In this document: piece after piece, positions 13,670 to 27,519 of the stretch
Numbering within the stretch: position 1 is the stretch's first letter
Layout of the letters: each line of letters starts with the position of its first letter
Assembly: GCF_006345805.1 (NCBI RefSeq)
Contig: NC_043021.1
Location: 13,516,001 to 13,580,000, forward strand
DNA: 64,000 bases
From: Octopus sinensis
Taxonomy: Eukaryota
Reading direction: 5' to 3'
Translations under genes and position numbers: made by a program
The notes under the pieces: model-generated
What the model was told of the DNA's origin: nothing
The model's database searches: none
The model's input: the letters and a program-made list of their open reading frames with translations, nothing else

Positions 13670-13710
<41 letters not shown>

Positions 13711-14147
13711 GCATGTGTCAAAAAGTAATGCAAACAAAAATGTATTACTTTCTGACTCCCCCTTGTTTGTGTATGTATGTATATATATATATATATATAT
13801 ATATACTTATGTGTCTGTCTATCTATCTAGCTGTCTGCCTTTCTTTCTATCTACCTAGCTCTCTCTCTATATTTGTATGTATGCACATTTGTATCTATGT
13901 ATGTATGTATGCATGTATGCATGTATGTATGTATACATGCATGCATGTATGTATGTATGTATGTATGTATGTATGTATGTATGTATGTATGTATGTATGT
14001 ATGTATGTATGTATGTATGTATGTATGCATGTATGTATGTATGTATGTATATAGAATTAAGGATAAAATCACTTCAATGATTTTATCAAGTAGCCAGCAT
14101 GAAATAAAAACCTTACAGGTAACATTTTATACTATAATTTATAATTA

Positions 14148-14420
14148 TATAAATAATTATATTAAAGGGTGTGGGCTGACCACACCAACACGCTAGAAAT
14201 AGATGCCAAATAGCTCTAAAACTAACTCAATACTCCATTAGCACAGGTTGTAAGTGGGCAGATGTAAATTGATTTACAATTGAACAAAAATGCTTATTTT
14301 TCATCTGCCTGCTTACAACCCATGCTAATGGAGCATTGAGGTAGTTTTAGACCCATTTGATGTCTATTTCTAGCATGTTGGTGTGGTCAATCCACACCTT
14401 TTAATATAATTATTTATATT
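14148..14420. repeat. Fold-back element; second copy at ~16075-16270 inserted into a SINE head
   Basis: Inverted arms of ~115 bp (ataaataattatattaaagggtgtgg... / ...ccacaccttttaatataattatttat). Confidence 0.8.
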
Positions 14421-14929
14421 ATTATACATTAGTGTGTATATATATATATATATACAAATTGAGATAGGGGTTGTAAATGCAACCCTCCATGGGATCAACC
14501 ATAAAGGTCTAATATTGGTAAAATGAGACATACTTATCTACATGGCCGAAACAGCTGTAAGATGTAATCTATACTTATATTTATATTTACTTATATTTAT
14601 ATTCTCTTTTATATATATTCTACTTATTATACAACATTACTCTTTTATGTACACTTTTTTATGTACATTCCTTTATGTACACTGATTTGTTCTGCTTTTT
14701 ATATTTAACCCTACAGTCTCTTATGTGGTGGTTTAATAAAGTATGTGATTGAGTATTATCTGGTAATTGATATTTGATTTAGATGTATTTCTCCATTTTC
14801 TTATCTTGTATATATATATATATATATATATACACATACATATAAATATAAATAAGGATAAGATCGATATTTAAATACCGATCTTATCAGGTGGCCAGCA
14901 TGGGAATTAAAACCTTCAAAGGTAATAAT

Positions 14930-15080
14930 TATTTAAAATTATACTTTAGGGTATCCAAGAGATACCACTACGCTGGAAATAGCAGTCAAAACTTGACTCT
15001 AAAACCAAGTTTTAGAGTCAAGTTTTGACTGCTATTTCCAGTGTGGTGGTATCTCTTAGATACCCTAAATTATAATTAGT
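14930..15080. repeat. Fold-back element; related copy at ~52905-53085
   Basis: tttagggtatccaagagataccact...ctctaaaac / gttttagag...ggtatctcttagataccctaaa near-perfect palindrome. Confidence 0.8.
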
Positions 15081-17073
15081 CAAGTACGCCAACACCAACA
15101 TCAAAATAAAAATCAAATGGAAATTGTAGTTAAGACACCTGTGCTGGTGACACGTAAAAAGCACCGTCCAAATGAGGCAGATGCCAGCACCGCCTGACTG
15201 GCGTCCGTGTTGGTGACACGTAAAAGCACCAACCAATCATGGCCATTTGCCAGCCTCCTCTGGCCCCTATGCCGGTGGCACGTAAAAAACACCCACTACA
15301 CTCTTGGAGTGGCTGGCGTAGGAAGGGCATCCAGCTGTAGAAATACTGCCAAACCAGACTGGAGCCTGGTGCAGCCTCCATGGCTTACCAGACTCCGGTC
15401 GAACCGTCCAACCCATACTAGCATGGAAAACGGACGTTAAATGATGATGATGATGATGAGTAGGTAGATAGTTTGCTAGATGTAGTATTTAAAATCTAAC
15501 TTATTATAAACAAATAATTGATCATTTTCATTATTTAGCTGCAGGTCAACTTTTGTCAAGTAGACAAGGATCAGAGTGTTCCGGCCATGATCATCTCATC
15601 TTATTTCAGACAATATGTCCCTTTTTACACACCCACCTACCTCTCTATCTACCCACATTTCCAGCCATCACCCATCCGCCTCTCTATCCATCCATCCATC
15701 CACCCAATGAGAAAGAACTATTTAATGCTGGCAGAGTGTGATTTGAAGGATATTTAACTCTCTTTTCTAGCAAGTCCAGTGACTACATAGAGGTTTCTTT
15801 GTCGGTTCACGTCAGTGTAACATGATGGGCGCAGGGTAGTAACAGAAGACCCATAAAAGTGATGCAGTTAGTGGAAAACATAGATAAATGACTAACAAGA
15901 CAAAAAGTAAAAAGTTAATTAAAATATTAGCTAAAAGGTGTGTGAGATGTTGTTCAATAGAATCGCATAATACTCTGTTAATTGCACGCTTGTGTTGAAT
16001 TAATAATAAAGAACTTAATGGCAAGTCTGGTGAAGGCATGTGGTTTACTGGTTAGGGATATTTAGCTTATGATTATATTAGAGGACGCAAACTGACCACA
16101 CCAACACACTAGAAATAGACGCCAAATGGCTCTAAAACTACCTCAATATTCCATTAGCACAGGTTGTAAGTGGGCAGATGAAAAAATAAATTGATTTACA
16201 ATTGATCAAAAATGCTTATTTAGTTTTTCATCTGCTTGTTTTACAACCCATGCTAATGGAGCATTGAGGTGGTTACGAGTTCAATTCCTGGTAGTCTAAG
16301 GTGTCCTTGAGCAAGATTCTTTATTGCATGTTGCTCCAGTGCACTCAGCTGGTAAAAATGGGGTATGGGTGACTGTGGAGTGCTCAGCCACTTGCATGTT
16401 AATTTCACAAACAGGCTGTTCCATTGATCAGATCAACTGGAACCCTTGTCATCGTAACTAATGAAGTGCCAGTTAATGGCAAGTCTACAATATTTTTCTT
16501 AGTCTTATCCAATCCACTTGCAATGGGGTTGAACATGAAACTACATGGTTGGGAAGTAAACTTTTCAATCACAGCAATGGTCAACAATGTATATTTCTAT
16601 ATCCATTGTTACAGAGATAAAAGCTGATTAAGTTGTCAGATTCAGACTCTCAAAGATTCATTAAGAATAGAAACATTCAATAAACAAAGAGACACCATAT
16701 AACAAGGCCTCTGAAGATGGCCATGGGGTGTGTCGAAAGTCAAGATTCATTAGTTAAAGCTGTCTATCCATTTAGGCAACTAACCACTGACAGATAGAAT
16801 GTTTTGCTACTTTAAACCATACAAAGAGATCAGAGCTACAAGTTTTGCCAGACATGCATTAATAAAGAGCTCTTCCTAAATGATTGATTTATTGAAAGAA
16901 ACAAAGTGCAAGGACTTCGATTTATGGCAACACAACAAACAATTGGAAATGGAGAAGAGAAGTTTAAGCTTTAATATGCACAGACACTCAAGTAATTACA
17001 TCTGCATATTAATGTGTGTGTATGTGTGTATGTGTGTAAAAAGAAAGAAAGAAAGAAAGACAGAGAGAGAGAG

Positions 17074-17127
<54 letters not shown>

Positions 17128-17756
17128 GATGAGGTAGGTTGGTAAGCATGTAGATAGGTTGGTCAGTGGGTAGGAATGAAGAAGAGAAATTTAAACATTA
17201 ATATGAGCAGACACACAAATAATTACATATATCTGTACACAGGCATTCAAACAATAACGCATACACATACGCATACATACACACACACATACATACATAT
17301 ATGTATTATGTATGTCTGTATGAATGTGTGAGTTCATACATGTATATGTCTGTAGATGTGTAAGTATATGCTTGTGCGTATACACATATATTTATCTACA
17401 TAAAGATATATATATTGTGATACCAGTGCCGGTGGCACATAAAAGAACCATCCGAACAAGGCCGTTGCCAGCGCTGCCCCGACTGGCTTCCGTGCCGGTG
17501 GCACGTAAAAAGCTCCATCCAATCGTGGCCGTTTGCCAGCCTCGTCTGGCACCTGTGCCGGTGGCACATAGAAAGCACCCTCTACACACATGGAGTGGTT
17601 GGCGTTAGGAAGGGCATCCAGCCATAGAAACATTGCCAGATCAGACTGGGCCTGGTGCAGCCTCCTGGCTTCCCAGACCCCAGTTGCACCGTCCAACCCA
17701 TGCCAGCATGGAAAGCGGACGCTAAACGATGATGATGATGATGATGATATATATAT

Positions 17757-17787
<31 letters not shown>

Positions 17788-17869
17788 CACATACACATAT
17801 ATATACACAATACCTATATGTGTAAATATTGTGTGTGTACTTATATATGCATAGATGGATGGATGGATG

Positions 17870-17940
<71 letters not shown>

Positions 17941-18871
17941 GTAGGTAGGTAGGTCTGACAAGATCCACCAGATCATCATCCATGACACATGTGACTGAAT
18001 ACACTTGACTGGAACACCAGGCCATCTCAATTTTAATTCCGCAGCAGGCAGCTGGTATTCATTCATTTTCAGCTGCGAGGGCTGGACCAATGTGAAAATG
18101 AAGTTCCTCACTCAAAAACACTGCATACCGACTGGTTCAGGAATTGAACCCATAATCACCAAATCACCACATATGATATTTCTATGTTGACCACTCACTC
18201 TTGACATACATCATTCCTGTAAATGTCTTAAACATTTAAATATGCAAAATCTTTGATCTCTTCATCCTAGATGATTTGGGAAAGGATCACGACAATGTCG
18301 AGTCTGTGCCAACACTCATGGGGTCATAAGGAAATATTGTCTCTTTATGTGCCAAAGATGTTTCAGAGAATATTCCAATAACTGGATTTATGAAGCTTGA
18401 CTAATGGTTAATACTGGATGTCCCAAAAGTCACTGATGGGTTTTAATTTTTAATAACATCTCTTTACTCTCTTTTACTTGTTTCATTCATTTGACTGCAG
18501 CCATGCTGGAGCACCGCCTTTTAGTCGAACAAATCGCCCCCAGGACTTATTTTTTGTAAGCCTAGTACTTATTCTATCGGTCTCTTGAGGCCCTGCTAAG
18601 AAACATCATTTAACTGGTTTAAAAGACAATAAATTTCATTATAATATAAAAGAAGATGAAGGTGGCAAACTAGTGGAACCATTAGCATGCTGGACAAAAT
18701 GCACAGCAGCATTTTGTCTGTCTTAATGTTCTGAGTTCAAATACTGCTGAGGTCGACTTGCCCTTCATCCTTTCAGGAAGTACCAGCTGAAGACTGCAGT
18801 TGATGTAATCGACTTAACTCTCATCCCTCAAACATGCTGGCCTTGTGCCAAAATTTGAAGCCAATATAAAA

Positions 18872-19045
18872 GAAGACATGGAACGAAGTACTGAAGGATG
18901 ACCTCTGGACGCTGACCCTTTCAGACGAGATGGCAAAGGACCAAGATTCCTGGTGTCTTGCTGTACTCAAGAAGACCCAAACTCCACAGCAGGGATGTTA
19001 AGGCCACCACTCACCCTGGCAAAGAGGATTGGTCTGCAAGAGTCC
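18872..19045 (+). mobile_element. RTE-clade LINE ORF C-terminal fragment
   Basis: Translates to KTWNEVLKDDLWTLTLSDEMAKDQDSWCLAVLKKT, resembling the RTE-type KTW...V..D......A.DR..W ending. Confidence 0.6.
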
Positions 19046-19162
19046 TGCACTGGTGTCATGTAAAAAGCATTTGTGCTGGGGCCACATAAAAGCACTCAGC
19101 ACATCCTGTAAAGTGGCTGGTGTTAGGATGGGCACCTAGTCATAGAAACTATGCCAAATTTT

Positions 19163-19398
19163 AAGGCGACGAGCTGGCAGAAACGTTAGCACGCTGGGTG
19201 AAATGCTTATCGGTATTTCGTCTGCCGTTATGTTCTGAGTTCAAATTCCGCCAAGGTTGACTTTGCCTTTCATCCTTTCGGGCTCGATAAATTAAGTACC
19301 AGTTACACACTGGAGTCGATGTAATCAACTTAATCCCTTTGTCTGTCTTTGTTTGTCCCCTCTATGTTTAGCTCCTTATGGACAATAAAGAAATAAGA
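19163..19398 (+). mobile_element. SINE family B (tRNA-derived, Meta-domain-like core). Other copies near 6775-6993, 7040-7240, 9495-9630, 12190-12385, 18660-18860, 19938-20155, 21820-22035, 55845-56080 and 60200-60565
   Basis: Head aaggcgacgagctggcagaaacgttagc...gagttcaaattcc followed by the core gactttgcctttcatcctttcggg...gataaattaagtaccag. Confidence 0.85.
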
Positions 19399-20836
19399 AA
19401 CCAAGCCAAATCAGACCGGGGCATGGTGCAGCCCCTAAGCTTGCCAGTGCTGATCAAACCAGCCCAGCCCAGCCTGGAAAACAGACATTAAGGGATGGTG
19501 ATGATGATGATAGCAAATCTTAATTACATTCACACAGATATTAGAATTAGGATTTGGAATAGTTTGTTCTACTCAACTTCAATTAGAAATTCCAGCAACA
19601 CGCGTCACGTCTAAGCATAGCATGAAATATTAATACACACCCTTGATGTAATTATGAGTGTATATGTATGACCAACATGTGTTTCTGAAAGCATGATTGC
19701 ATACATACATATATACATACATAACAGGTGACATATATTCCAGGTGTGCTTGTTGTGTGCTGCACATCCATCAAAAATGGCAAATCCATTATGAATATTA
19801 ATTACCCTAACTCATTAATTAATCACAAATTATAACGGAAATCTTTTGTGATACCTTGCTCGAAATTTGATGACAGATGTCCTGAAATAACACAGCACAT
19901 GTTACAGCACATTGGATCATAATATGGTGCAGGGTGTAAGGCAGGGGGAGCTGACAGAAACGTCAGTACTCCAGGCAAACTGATTAGCAGTATTTCATCT
20001 GTCTTTACGTTCTGAGTTCAAATTCCGCCGAGATCAACTTTGCCTTTCGTACTTTTGGGGTCAATAAATTAAGTACCAGTTGCGTACTGGGGTTAATCTA
20101 ATCGACTTCCCCACCCCCAAAAAATTTCAAGCCTTGTGCCTAGAGTAGAAAAGAATATGGTACAGGGTATAGTGGAAGATAATGGGAGAATGGCAAAGAA
20201 TTTATGGCAAAGGGTGTGCGACAGCTTTGACAGCACAATCGTATGTTCGTTTTTGTGGCAAGAAGTTGCACATTTAAATTAATTTAAAATTCCTAAAGTA
20301 AAACAAACTTTTTTAACAATAATTTATTTTTTCTTACAGTATCATCATATAACTTTGATCTTAATTTGAATAAATACTAACTTTCATGGATCACAAAGTC
20401 AGGGAAGACTAAGTGACCTTGGTTTACTTTCAATTGCCAAAAAGTGTACTAATTCAACTCAAGTAAAGTGGTTCATTGTACGATGAGGTTATTGGACATT
20501 TTACATCTCAAAGAAGAAGAATATAACTTACATATAAGTAATTTAAGTAAGTAAAATTATATGGTTTCTTATTTTCCACTGTGTGAACATAAGAAAATTA
20601 TGGTTTATTTTAGAATGCTTACAATGAATAGGGTATTATCAATTCAGTTTAGTGCCACATATTTGTATCCTAATTGAATTAAGTTTACATTATTTATATT
20701 TTGGATCCTGCATTCTGAATAGAAATACACAGTTTGTTTGCCTAATTTTAATAATATTAATGTTAATCATAGCATGGTCAGTGTGGCAGCACACACAATG
20801 ACAACAACCATATGCAACAGATACATACATACATAT

Positions 20837-20871
<35 letters not shown>

Positions 20872-21002
20872 GGAGCAATGTCTGGAGCAAAGTATGGCTG
20901 AACTTGGGTCCTTGGGGGAGGGAATTCAGATCCCATAATGAGGTGTCCCGGTGAACCTGTAAGTTAAGGCAAGCAGGACAGAGGAACCAGAAGTGTGGAT
21001 AG

Positions 21003-21415
21003 GTGCAGGAGTGGCTGTGTGGTAAGTAGCTTGCTTACCAACCACATGGTTCCGGGTTCAGTCCCACTGCCTGGCACCTTGGGCAAGTGTCTTCTACTAT
21101 AGCCTCGGGCCAACCAAATCCTTGTGAGTGGATTTGGTAGACGGAAACTGAAAGAAGCCCGTCGTATATATGTATATATATATATGTGTATGTGTGTGTA
21201 TATGTTTGTGTCTGTGTTTGTCCCCCCAACATCACTTGACAACCGATGCTGGTGTGTTTACGTCCCCGTAACTTAGTGGTTCGGTAAAAAGTGATCGATA
21301 GAATAAGTACTAGGCTTACAAAAAATAAGTCCCGGGGTCGATTTGTTTGACTAAATTGGTACTCCAGCGTGGCCCCAGTCAAATGACTGAGACAAGTAAA
21401 AGAGTAAAAGAGTAT
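21003..21415 (+). mobile_element. SINE family A, full-length copy. Further copies near 10450-10835, 26220-26550, 29130-29505, 34145-34565, 35500-35885, 39560-39925, 47140-47490, 47790-48195, 52112-52885, 58290-58570 and 58858-59235
   Basis: Complete head, body and (gtaaaaga)n tail, highly similar among copies. Confidence 0.9.
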
Positions 21416-23059
21416 GCTACAAATGATCATGATATCTGGAACTATAAAAAAAATCTCTAAGACCTTCTTAAGTTTAAAGTATTACGGTTAAAACACATTC
21501 CTTCGCAACCTTGCTACCAGGTAGGTGGCCTGTCAAAATTTACTCTAAATTGAAAATGGAAAGAGAAGAACATGTATATAAAATTGACAACAGCTTTAAA
21601 ATTTCACTGAAACTATTTTTTTTTCAATTGTTGAATTCCATTGAAGTTTGATTTGTGATGGAAAGATTTAACTAATTAGTGAGGAAGAAGAATGCTACAA
21701 AGGGAGATAATGTCATTGTTAATGAGAGACAACAAAAAATGTAAATGAGAAAGGTTAAAAGAGAGAAATACTGAATTAACCCTTTTACCATTTAAACTGA
21801 CCATATCCGGCCCAAATATTCTTTTCTACACTAGGCACAAGGCCTGAAATTTTGCAGGAGGAGGCTAGGCAATTAGATCGACCTTAGTGTGCAACTGGTA
21901 CTTCATTTATCGACCCTGAAAGGACAAAAGTCAAAGTCAACCTCGGCAGAATTTGAACTCAGAACGTAAAGATAGACGAAATACTGCTAAGCATTTCGCC
22001 CGGCATGCTAATGTTTCTGCCAGCTCACCACCTTTATCTGGCCCAGATATTGTTCTTGTTTTATGTTCAAACTGGCCAGAGTCACCTCTCACACCAACCT
22101 TACAATGTCATTCTAAAAAACAAACAAACACATCATTGAAATCATGAAGCTGTGATATAATGCATTATTAAAAGGCATCTTGTCCACACTGTGAAGTGGT
22201 TGGCATTTGGAAGGCCCTTCCAGCTGTAAAAACCATGCCAAAACTGACCATACCTGTGCTGGTACCATGTAAAAAGCACTCCAGCAACTCCGTGAGGTGG
22301 TTGGTGTTAGGAAGGGCATCCAGCCGTAAAAACCATGCCAAAGCAGACACAGTAGTTTCGGGTAGTCTTCTTTCTGGCTGGCTCCTGTCAAACCGCCCAA
22401 CCCATGCCAGCATGGAAGCTGGACGTTAAACAATGATGATGATGATGATAATGAATAAATAAGCATCTGAGAGAGTAATCTGAACGCTAAAAAGTTTTTT
22501 AAAATGGAATGGATGCTAAGTGTAAATGCACATGCGCATGTGTGTGTGCACATGTGCATGTCTGTGTGCACATGTGCATGTGTGTGTGTGCATGCATGCA
22601 TGTGCACATATGTATTGGCAATGAAGGAGAGATTCAATTGAGAGCATTAGTCATATTCATGGTTAAAATCAATATGAAGAATTCGTTCATTTCCATTACT
22701 AGTTTATAATTAATGAAATTACCTGCCGGGGAACAATAAACATATAATCGTGTGTTTGTGTGTGTGTTAAAAAAAATCAATCATAAAAATTTGAATACTT
22801 ATATATTTTATAAGCACTGGCATGAAATTACTTTGTGCTTAAGAAGTTTGCTCTAGGTTCAGTCCCGTTGCCCTTCTGCATGACTACCTGGGACAGGTGC
22901 CATCTAGTACAGCCCCAGGGCTAATCAGAGCCTTGTGAGTGGGGGCTCCATAGACAGAAATTGAAAGGAGCTTAGCATGTATGTGTAGCTGTATGCGTGT
23001 GTATGTGTATAAATGCATGTGTGTGAGTCTCTCTCTCTCTCTGTATATATATATATATA

Positions 23060-23388
23060 TATATAAAATATTATTTGAGACAAAACCACTATTTTGCAAA
23101 ACAAACAAGGAAAGACTTAATCAATACATAAATTTAATAAATAGTCAAAAAAACCGCCACTACAATCGTTTCTTGTCTTATCGACAATAATCAGGTGGAC
23201 TTCCAATATTCAGTTACAAATTATGAATTGTAACTGAATTATTGGAAGTCCACCTGATTATTGTCGATCAAGACAAGAAACGATTGTAGTGGCGGTTTTT
23301 TTGACTATTTATAAATTTATGTATTGATTAAGTCTTTCCTGTTTGTTTTGCAAAAATAGTGGTTTTGTCTCAAATAATATTTTATAAT
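23060..23388. mobile_element. Near-perfect fold-back element with a hammerhead-like motif in each arm
   Basis: ~160-bp inverted arms (tataaaatattatttgagac... / ...gtctcaaataatattttata). Confidence 0.8.
23250..23292 (+). ncRNA. Minimal type I hammerhead ribozyme-like motif (core CUGAUUA); mirror copy 23157-23198 minus
   Basis: CCAC-CTGATTA-TTGTC gatcaa GACAA-GAA-ACGATTGT-A-GTGG: stems I, II and III form and the cleavage triplet is GUA. Confidence 0.65.
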
Positions 23389-23496
23389 ATTTTACTATAA
23401 AATTGGATTTAATCCTAAATCTGATTTTTTTTCCCTGTAAATTTGGATATATTCCCAATATTTATTATATATATATATATATATATAATATTATAT

Positions 23497-23538
<42 letters not shown>

Positions 23539-23840
23539 TGTGTGTGTGTGTAAGTGTGTGTGTGTTTGTGTGTGTGTGTAAGTGTGTATGTGTGTGTTGG
23601 GTTTTCTTGTCTTGACATTGCCTGAGAGTTGTAAGTGAGTGTCATTGTTATACTAGCAGTGTCATTCATTTCCAGTCTTCTAACATCCAGCCAAGAGGAA
23701 ATATTACCTGGCATATTACCTGGAAGCAGGTGTGGGTTTGTAACCAGATTGGTATCGGGCAATAATAACCCTGCCTCAATGAATTCCATATGGTAGACAA
23801 TCGAAAGATAGAAAATTACTATTTTTAGCAGCAGTACTTC

Positions 23841-24079
23841 GTAGTAAAGATTGTTTGCCAACATAACATGGCAGTCCTGGTTTAGGACGAATGTTGCTGT
23901 AATTTAGCCCCAGGAGACATCGTCTCCAGCTGGCTATACAACACGATCTTGTTCAAAAATATAAGGACACAGATCGTGTCATATAGCCAGGTGGAGACAA
24001 TGTCTCCTGGGGCTAAATTGCAGCAACATTCGTCCTAAACCAGGACTGCCATGTTATGTTGGCAAACAATCTTTACTAC
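23841..24079. repeat. Fold-back element with ~110-bp inverted arms
   Basis: gtagtaaagattgtttgcc... / ...ggcaaacaatctttactac. Confidence 0.85.
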
Positions 24080-24279
24080 AGTTGAAAGATAGTTTTGCCT
24101 GCAGTGTCTGTGGTTGCATTACACACTCAAAAACCAGTCCTGTTACTCAGGGAAGGTCTCACACACACAAAATATATACAATAATGCACCAATATTTACT
24201 GAAAATAGCAGTCAATAATATATGACACTATAATAAAGCTTCACTGTATATGGTGGTGGCAGTGGTGGTGATGGTGGTG

Positions 24280-24590
24280 GTGGTGGTGGAATTGGTGGTG
24301 GTGAAAGCAAACATATGAGGCAAAGATAAGGCAAAGGTAACGGTTACCTTCTTGAGTTATACTGACTCATAAGGGCCAGTTTCCCGCTTTCTATGGCACA
24401 TAAATTCCCTCACCTGGACAGGATGCTGGTCAGTTGCAGGATGATACATGTTTGCCATCTGAGTGGACAGGAGCAATTTGAAAAGAAGTGTTTTGCTCAA
24501 GAACACAATGTGTCGCCCAGTCCAGGAATTGAAACCACAATCTTACAATCATGAGTCCAACACCCTAACCACTAAGCCATGTACCTCCAC
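24280..24590 (-). mobile_element. tRNA-derived SINE (CORE/V-like body)
   Basis: Minus-strand head gtggaggtacatggcttagtggttagggtg...ggtttcaattcc followed by ttgtgttcttgagcaaaacact. Confidence 0.7.
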
Positions 24591-24939
24591 TTAAGTGACA
24601 AAGGAAGGAAGAGGAGCAGTTGAATGGGGGGATGAGATGAAGAAGGATGAAGAGGTGGGTGAAGAGTTGAGGAGGTGAGGAGAAGTCAGGAGGTGAGGTT
24701 CTTAAGCAGGGAATTAATCTAAATTTATTCCAAGTCAATATGAGTTTAAATTGTTTGGTATTTTGGGAATGGAATAAAATGGAATTTGTATTTTTTCTGA
24801 AGAGGCAAACAGACATGGGGGACACTTGAATGTCAACAGGTTGTTTTAGAGTTAAAAGGATATTGGAGCATTTTGGCAGGCATAATGTCAAAATATTGCT
24901 TACAGAGAAGACTACTTGGGGAAGTGTTGGTCCATATGA

Positions 24940-25734
24940 AGAAGGTGGTGGTGGTGGTGGTGGTGGTTGGGGATTGTGGTAGTGGTAGTGGTGGTGTGGT
25001 GGTGGTGTGGTGGTGGTGGTGGTGGTGGTGGTGGTGGTTGGTGGGTAGTAGTGACAGCATGGTGTTGATGCACTGATGATGGGAGCGGCGGTGGCGGCAG
25101 CAGTGGTGGTGGTGGTGGTGGTGGTGGTGGTGGTGGTGGTGGTGGTGGTGGTGGTGGTGTGGTGGTGGTGGTGGTGGTGTGGTGGTGGTGCAGCAGGTGG
25201 TAATCATACAACTAATAACTATAATGGTGATGCTGCTTCTGTTGTTAGGGGATGGGGTTGTCATGGTGATGAGGGGACGGTGGTATTCGTGATGGTACTG
25301 GTGATGATGGCATCCAAGGGTCAGGGTTATTATTAGGGGTGTTAGTGGGGTATCCACGTGATGGTAGTTGTGGTGGTATTAATCGTGGCGATGTTTACAT
25401 TATAGATGGCTTTATTTACAGTAGTGGTGGTGGGCATGGTTATGGATTTAGCAGGGGAGAGTGGAGGGGTTGTCATAGCCACAGTATTAGTGATGTGAGT
25501 GGTATTTGTGAAGGTGGTGGTAGTGGTGGTGATCTCAGTAGCAGTGCTGACATTATGGAGGGTGATATTTACGGTAGTAGTTGTGGTGGTCATGTTAGTA
25601 AAGGGGATCAGGGTCGTGGTGGTGGTCATGGAATGAGGGGAGGTGTCGTGGTTGTAGTATTAGTGATATAGGTGATATTGTTGAAGGTGGTGGTGGTGGT
25701 GGTAGTAGTGGCAGCTAGTTAGTGATGTTGTCTG

Positions 25735-25766
<32 letters not shown>

Positions 25767-25886
25767 GGTGGTACTTTTGAAAGATGTTTATTATTTTAAC
25801 AACTAAGACTGATCAATCTGTCCAGCAGCTGCAGCGGCGCCCGTCGTCGTCGTCGTAGTAGTAGCTGTAGTAGTAGTAGTAGTAGT

Positions 25887-25917
<31 letters not shown>

Positions 25918-26043
25918 CAGCAGCAGTAGTTCTTATTATAGTGTTGATGCTAGTAGTAGTAGCAGTAGCAGAAGCAGTAGCAGCAGCAGCAGTAGTATTA
26001 CTAGTAGTAGTAGTAGTAGTATTGGTGGTGGTAGTAGTAGTAT

Positions 26044-26077
<34 letters not shown>

Positions 26078-26080
26078 TTC
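24940..26080. repeat. Low-complexity (GGT)n/(AGT)n trinucleotide region
   Basis: Directly visible; accounts for the poly-H/P/V/W ORFs in the track. Confidence 0.9.
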
Positions 26081-27432
26081 AGATTAAATGTAAACAGTGT
26101 TGGTTGTGTTGTTGCTGTCATATTTACCCACCCACCCCCCGACCTCCAGGTCAGCCCTGAATGACCTCATTTAGGATCAAAGACATTCCAGTCATGACTA
26201 CCCTACCTGAGATATACATATCTATTCTTTTATTCTTTCACTCGTTTCAGTCATTTGACTGCGACCATGCTGCAGCACTGCCTTCAAGAGTGTTAGTTGA
26301 ACAAATCAACAAATCAAGCCTAGCACTTATTCTATCAATCACTTTTGCCAAACCGCTAAGTTACAGGGACATAAACACCACAGCATTGGTTGTCAAGTGA
26401 TTGTATATACATATATACGATGGACTTCTTTCAGTTTCCATTTACCAAATTCACTCACAAGGCTTTGGTCGGTCCAAGGCTATAGTAGAAGACACTTGCC
26501 CAAGGTGCCATTCGGTGGGACTGAACCTGGAACCATGTGGTTGGGAAGCATATATACATAAATACATATATGTTATACATGAAAAAAACAAAGTCTAGAG
26601 GTACGAGAAGTGAATATTTTCTTTTATTCTTTTACTTGTTCAAGTCATTTGACTGCAGCCATGCTGGAGCACCACCATAAAGGGTTTCTTTAGTTGAAGA
26701 AATCGACCCCAGGAGTTATACTTTGTGAGCCTAGTACTTATTCCATCATTCTCTTTTGCCGAACCACTAAGCTACAGGGGTGTAAGCACAGCATTAAACA
26801 ATACAACTGTATATTCACAAATTAATGCAAATAAGGAAAACTAGTTCATCAGATCACTGGACCATCATGATTACACCAATAATTCAACTCTAAATACACA
26901 CACAAAATTTCCTCTTTATATACACAATGTATGGAAAGCTAAAAGTGGACAGAAGTTAGATTGATATGGTCAGTAAAAGTGACGATATATTGTACTGCTT
27001 CATATCAATTAAGTTAAAGTGCTAGATAGAATTTAAGGAATTGGCAATCCTTAATATAAGCAAATAACAAGAAGAAATATGAGGAGGAAGTAAAAATAGA
27101 TAAAGTAGAGGATAAAAAGCTTAACAAGAAAATTGCAGTAAAGCTGCATGATAGTGGTGTCAGGCATGGCATGCAGACCATCATATAACTTGTTTTATTC
27201 TTCTCTTCCATTTTATTTTGACATGTGCATTGCATGTTCATACTTCTTATTCTGGTTCCTACTCAAAACTGTTTGCAGATCACAACCATCTCGTAAACCT
27301 GCGTTCATGAGGAGTACTTTGCACTCCAGTGGTTGTAAAAAAAATCAAATGTAAAATGATGACGATGAGGGCAAGGGGCGGAAGATGTATGTGTGTGTGT
27401 GTGTGTGTATGTGTGTGTGTGAGTGTGTGTAT

Positions 27433-27475
<43 letters not shown>

Positions 27476-27487
27476 GTGTGTGTGTGT

Positions 27488-27519
<32 letters not shown>

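Noticed and set aside
14165-14215. CTGACCA...GAAATAG as a hammerhead
   Set aside because: No stem II and no 3-8 pairing.
16705-16750. CTGAAGA-T-GGC..GTC-GAAAGTC hammerhead candidate
   Set aside because: The core is present but stems I and III cannot be formed convincingly.
23865-23900. GTCCT/AGGAC-GAA hairpin as hammerhead stem II
   Set aside because: No CUGANGA-like core upstream, and GAAT replaces GAAA.
25339-25671. Gly-rich 110-aa ORF
   Set aside because: It derives from degenerate (GGT)n low-complexity sequence, has a non-ATG start and has no splice support.
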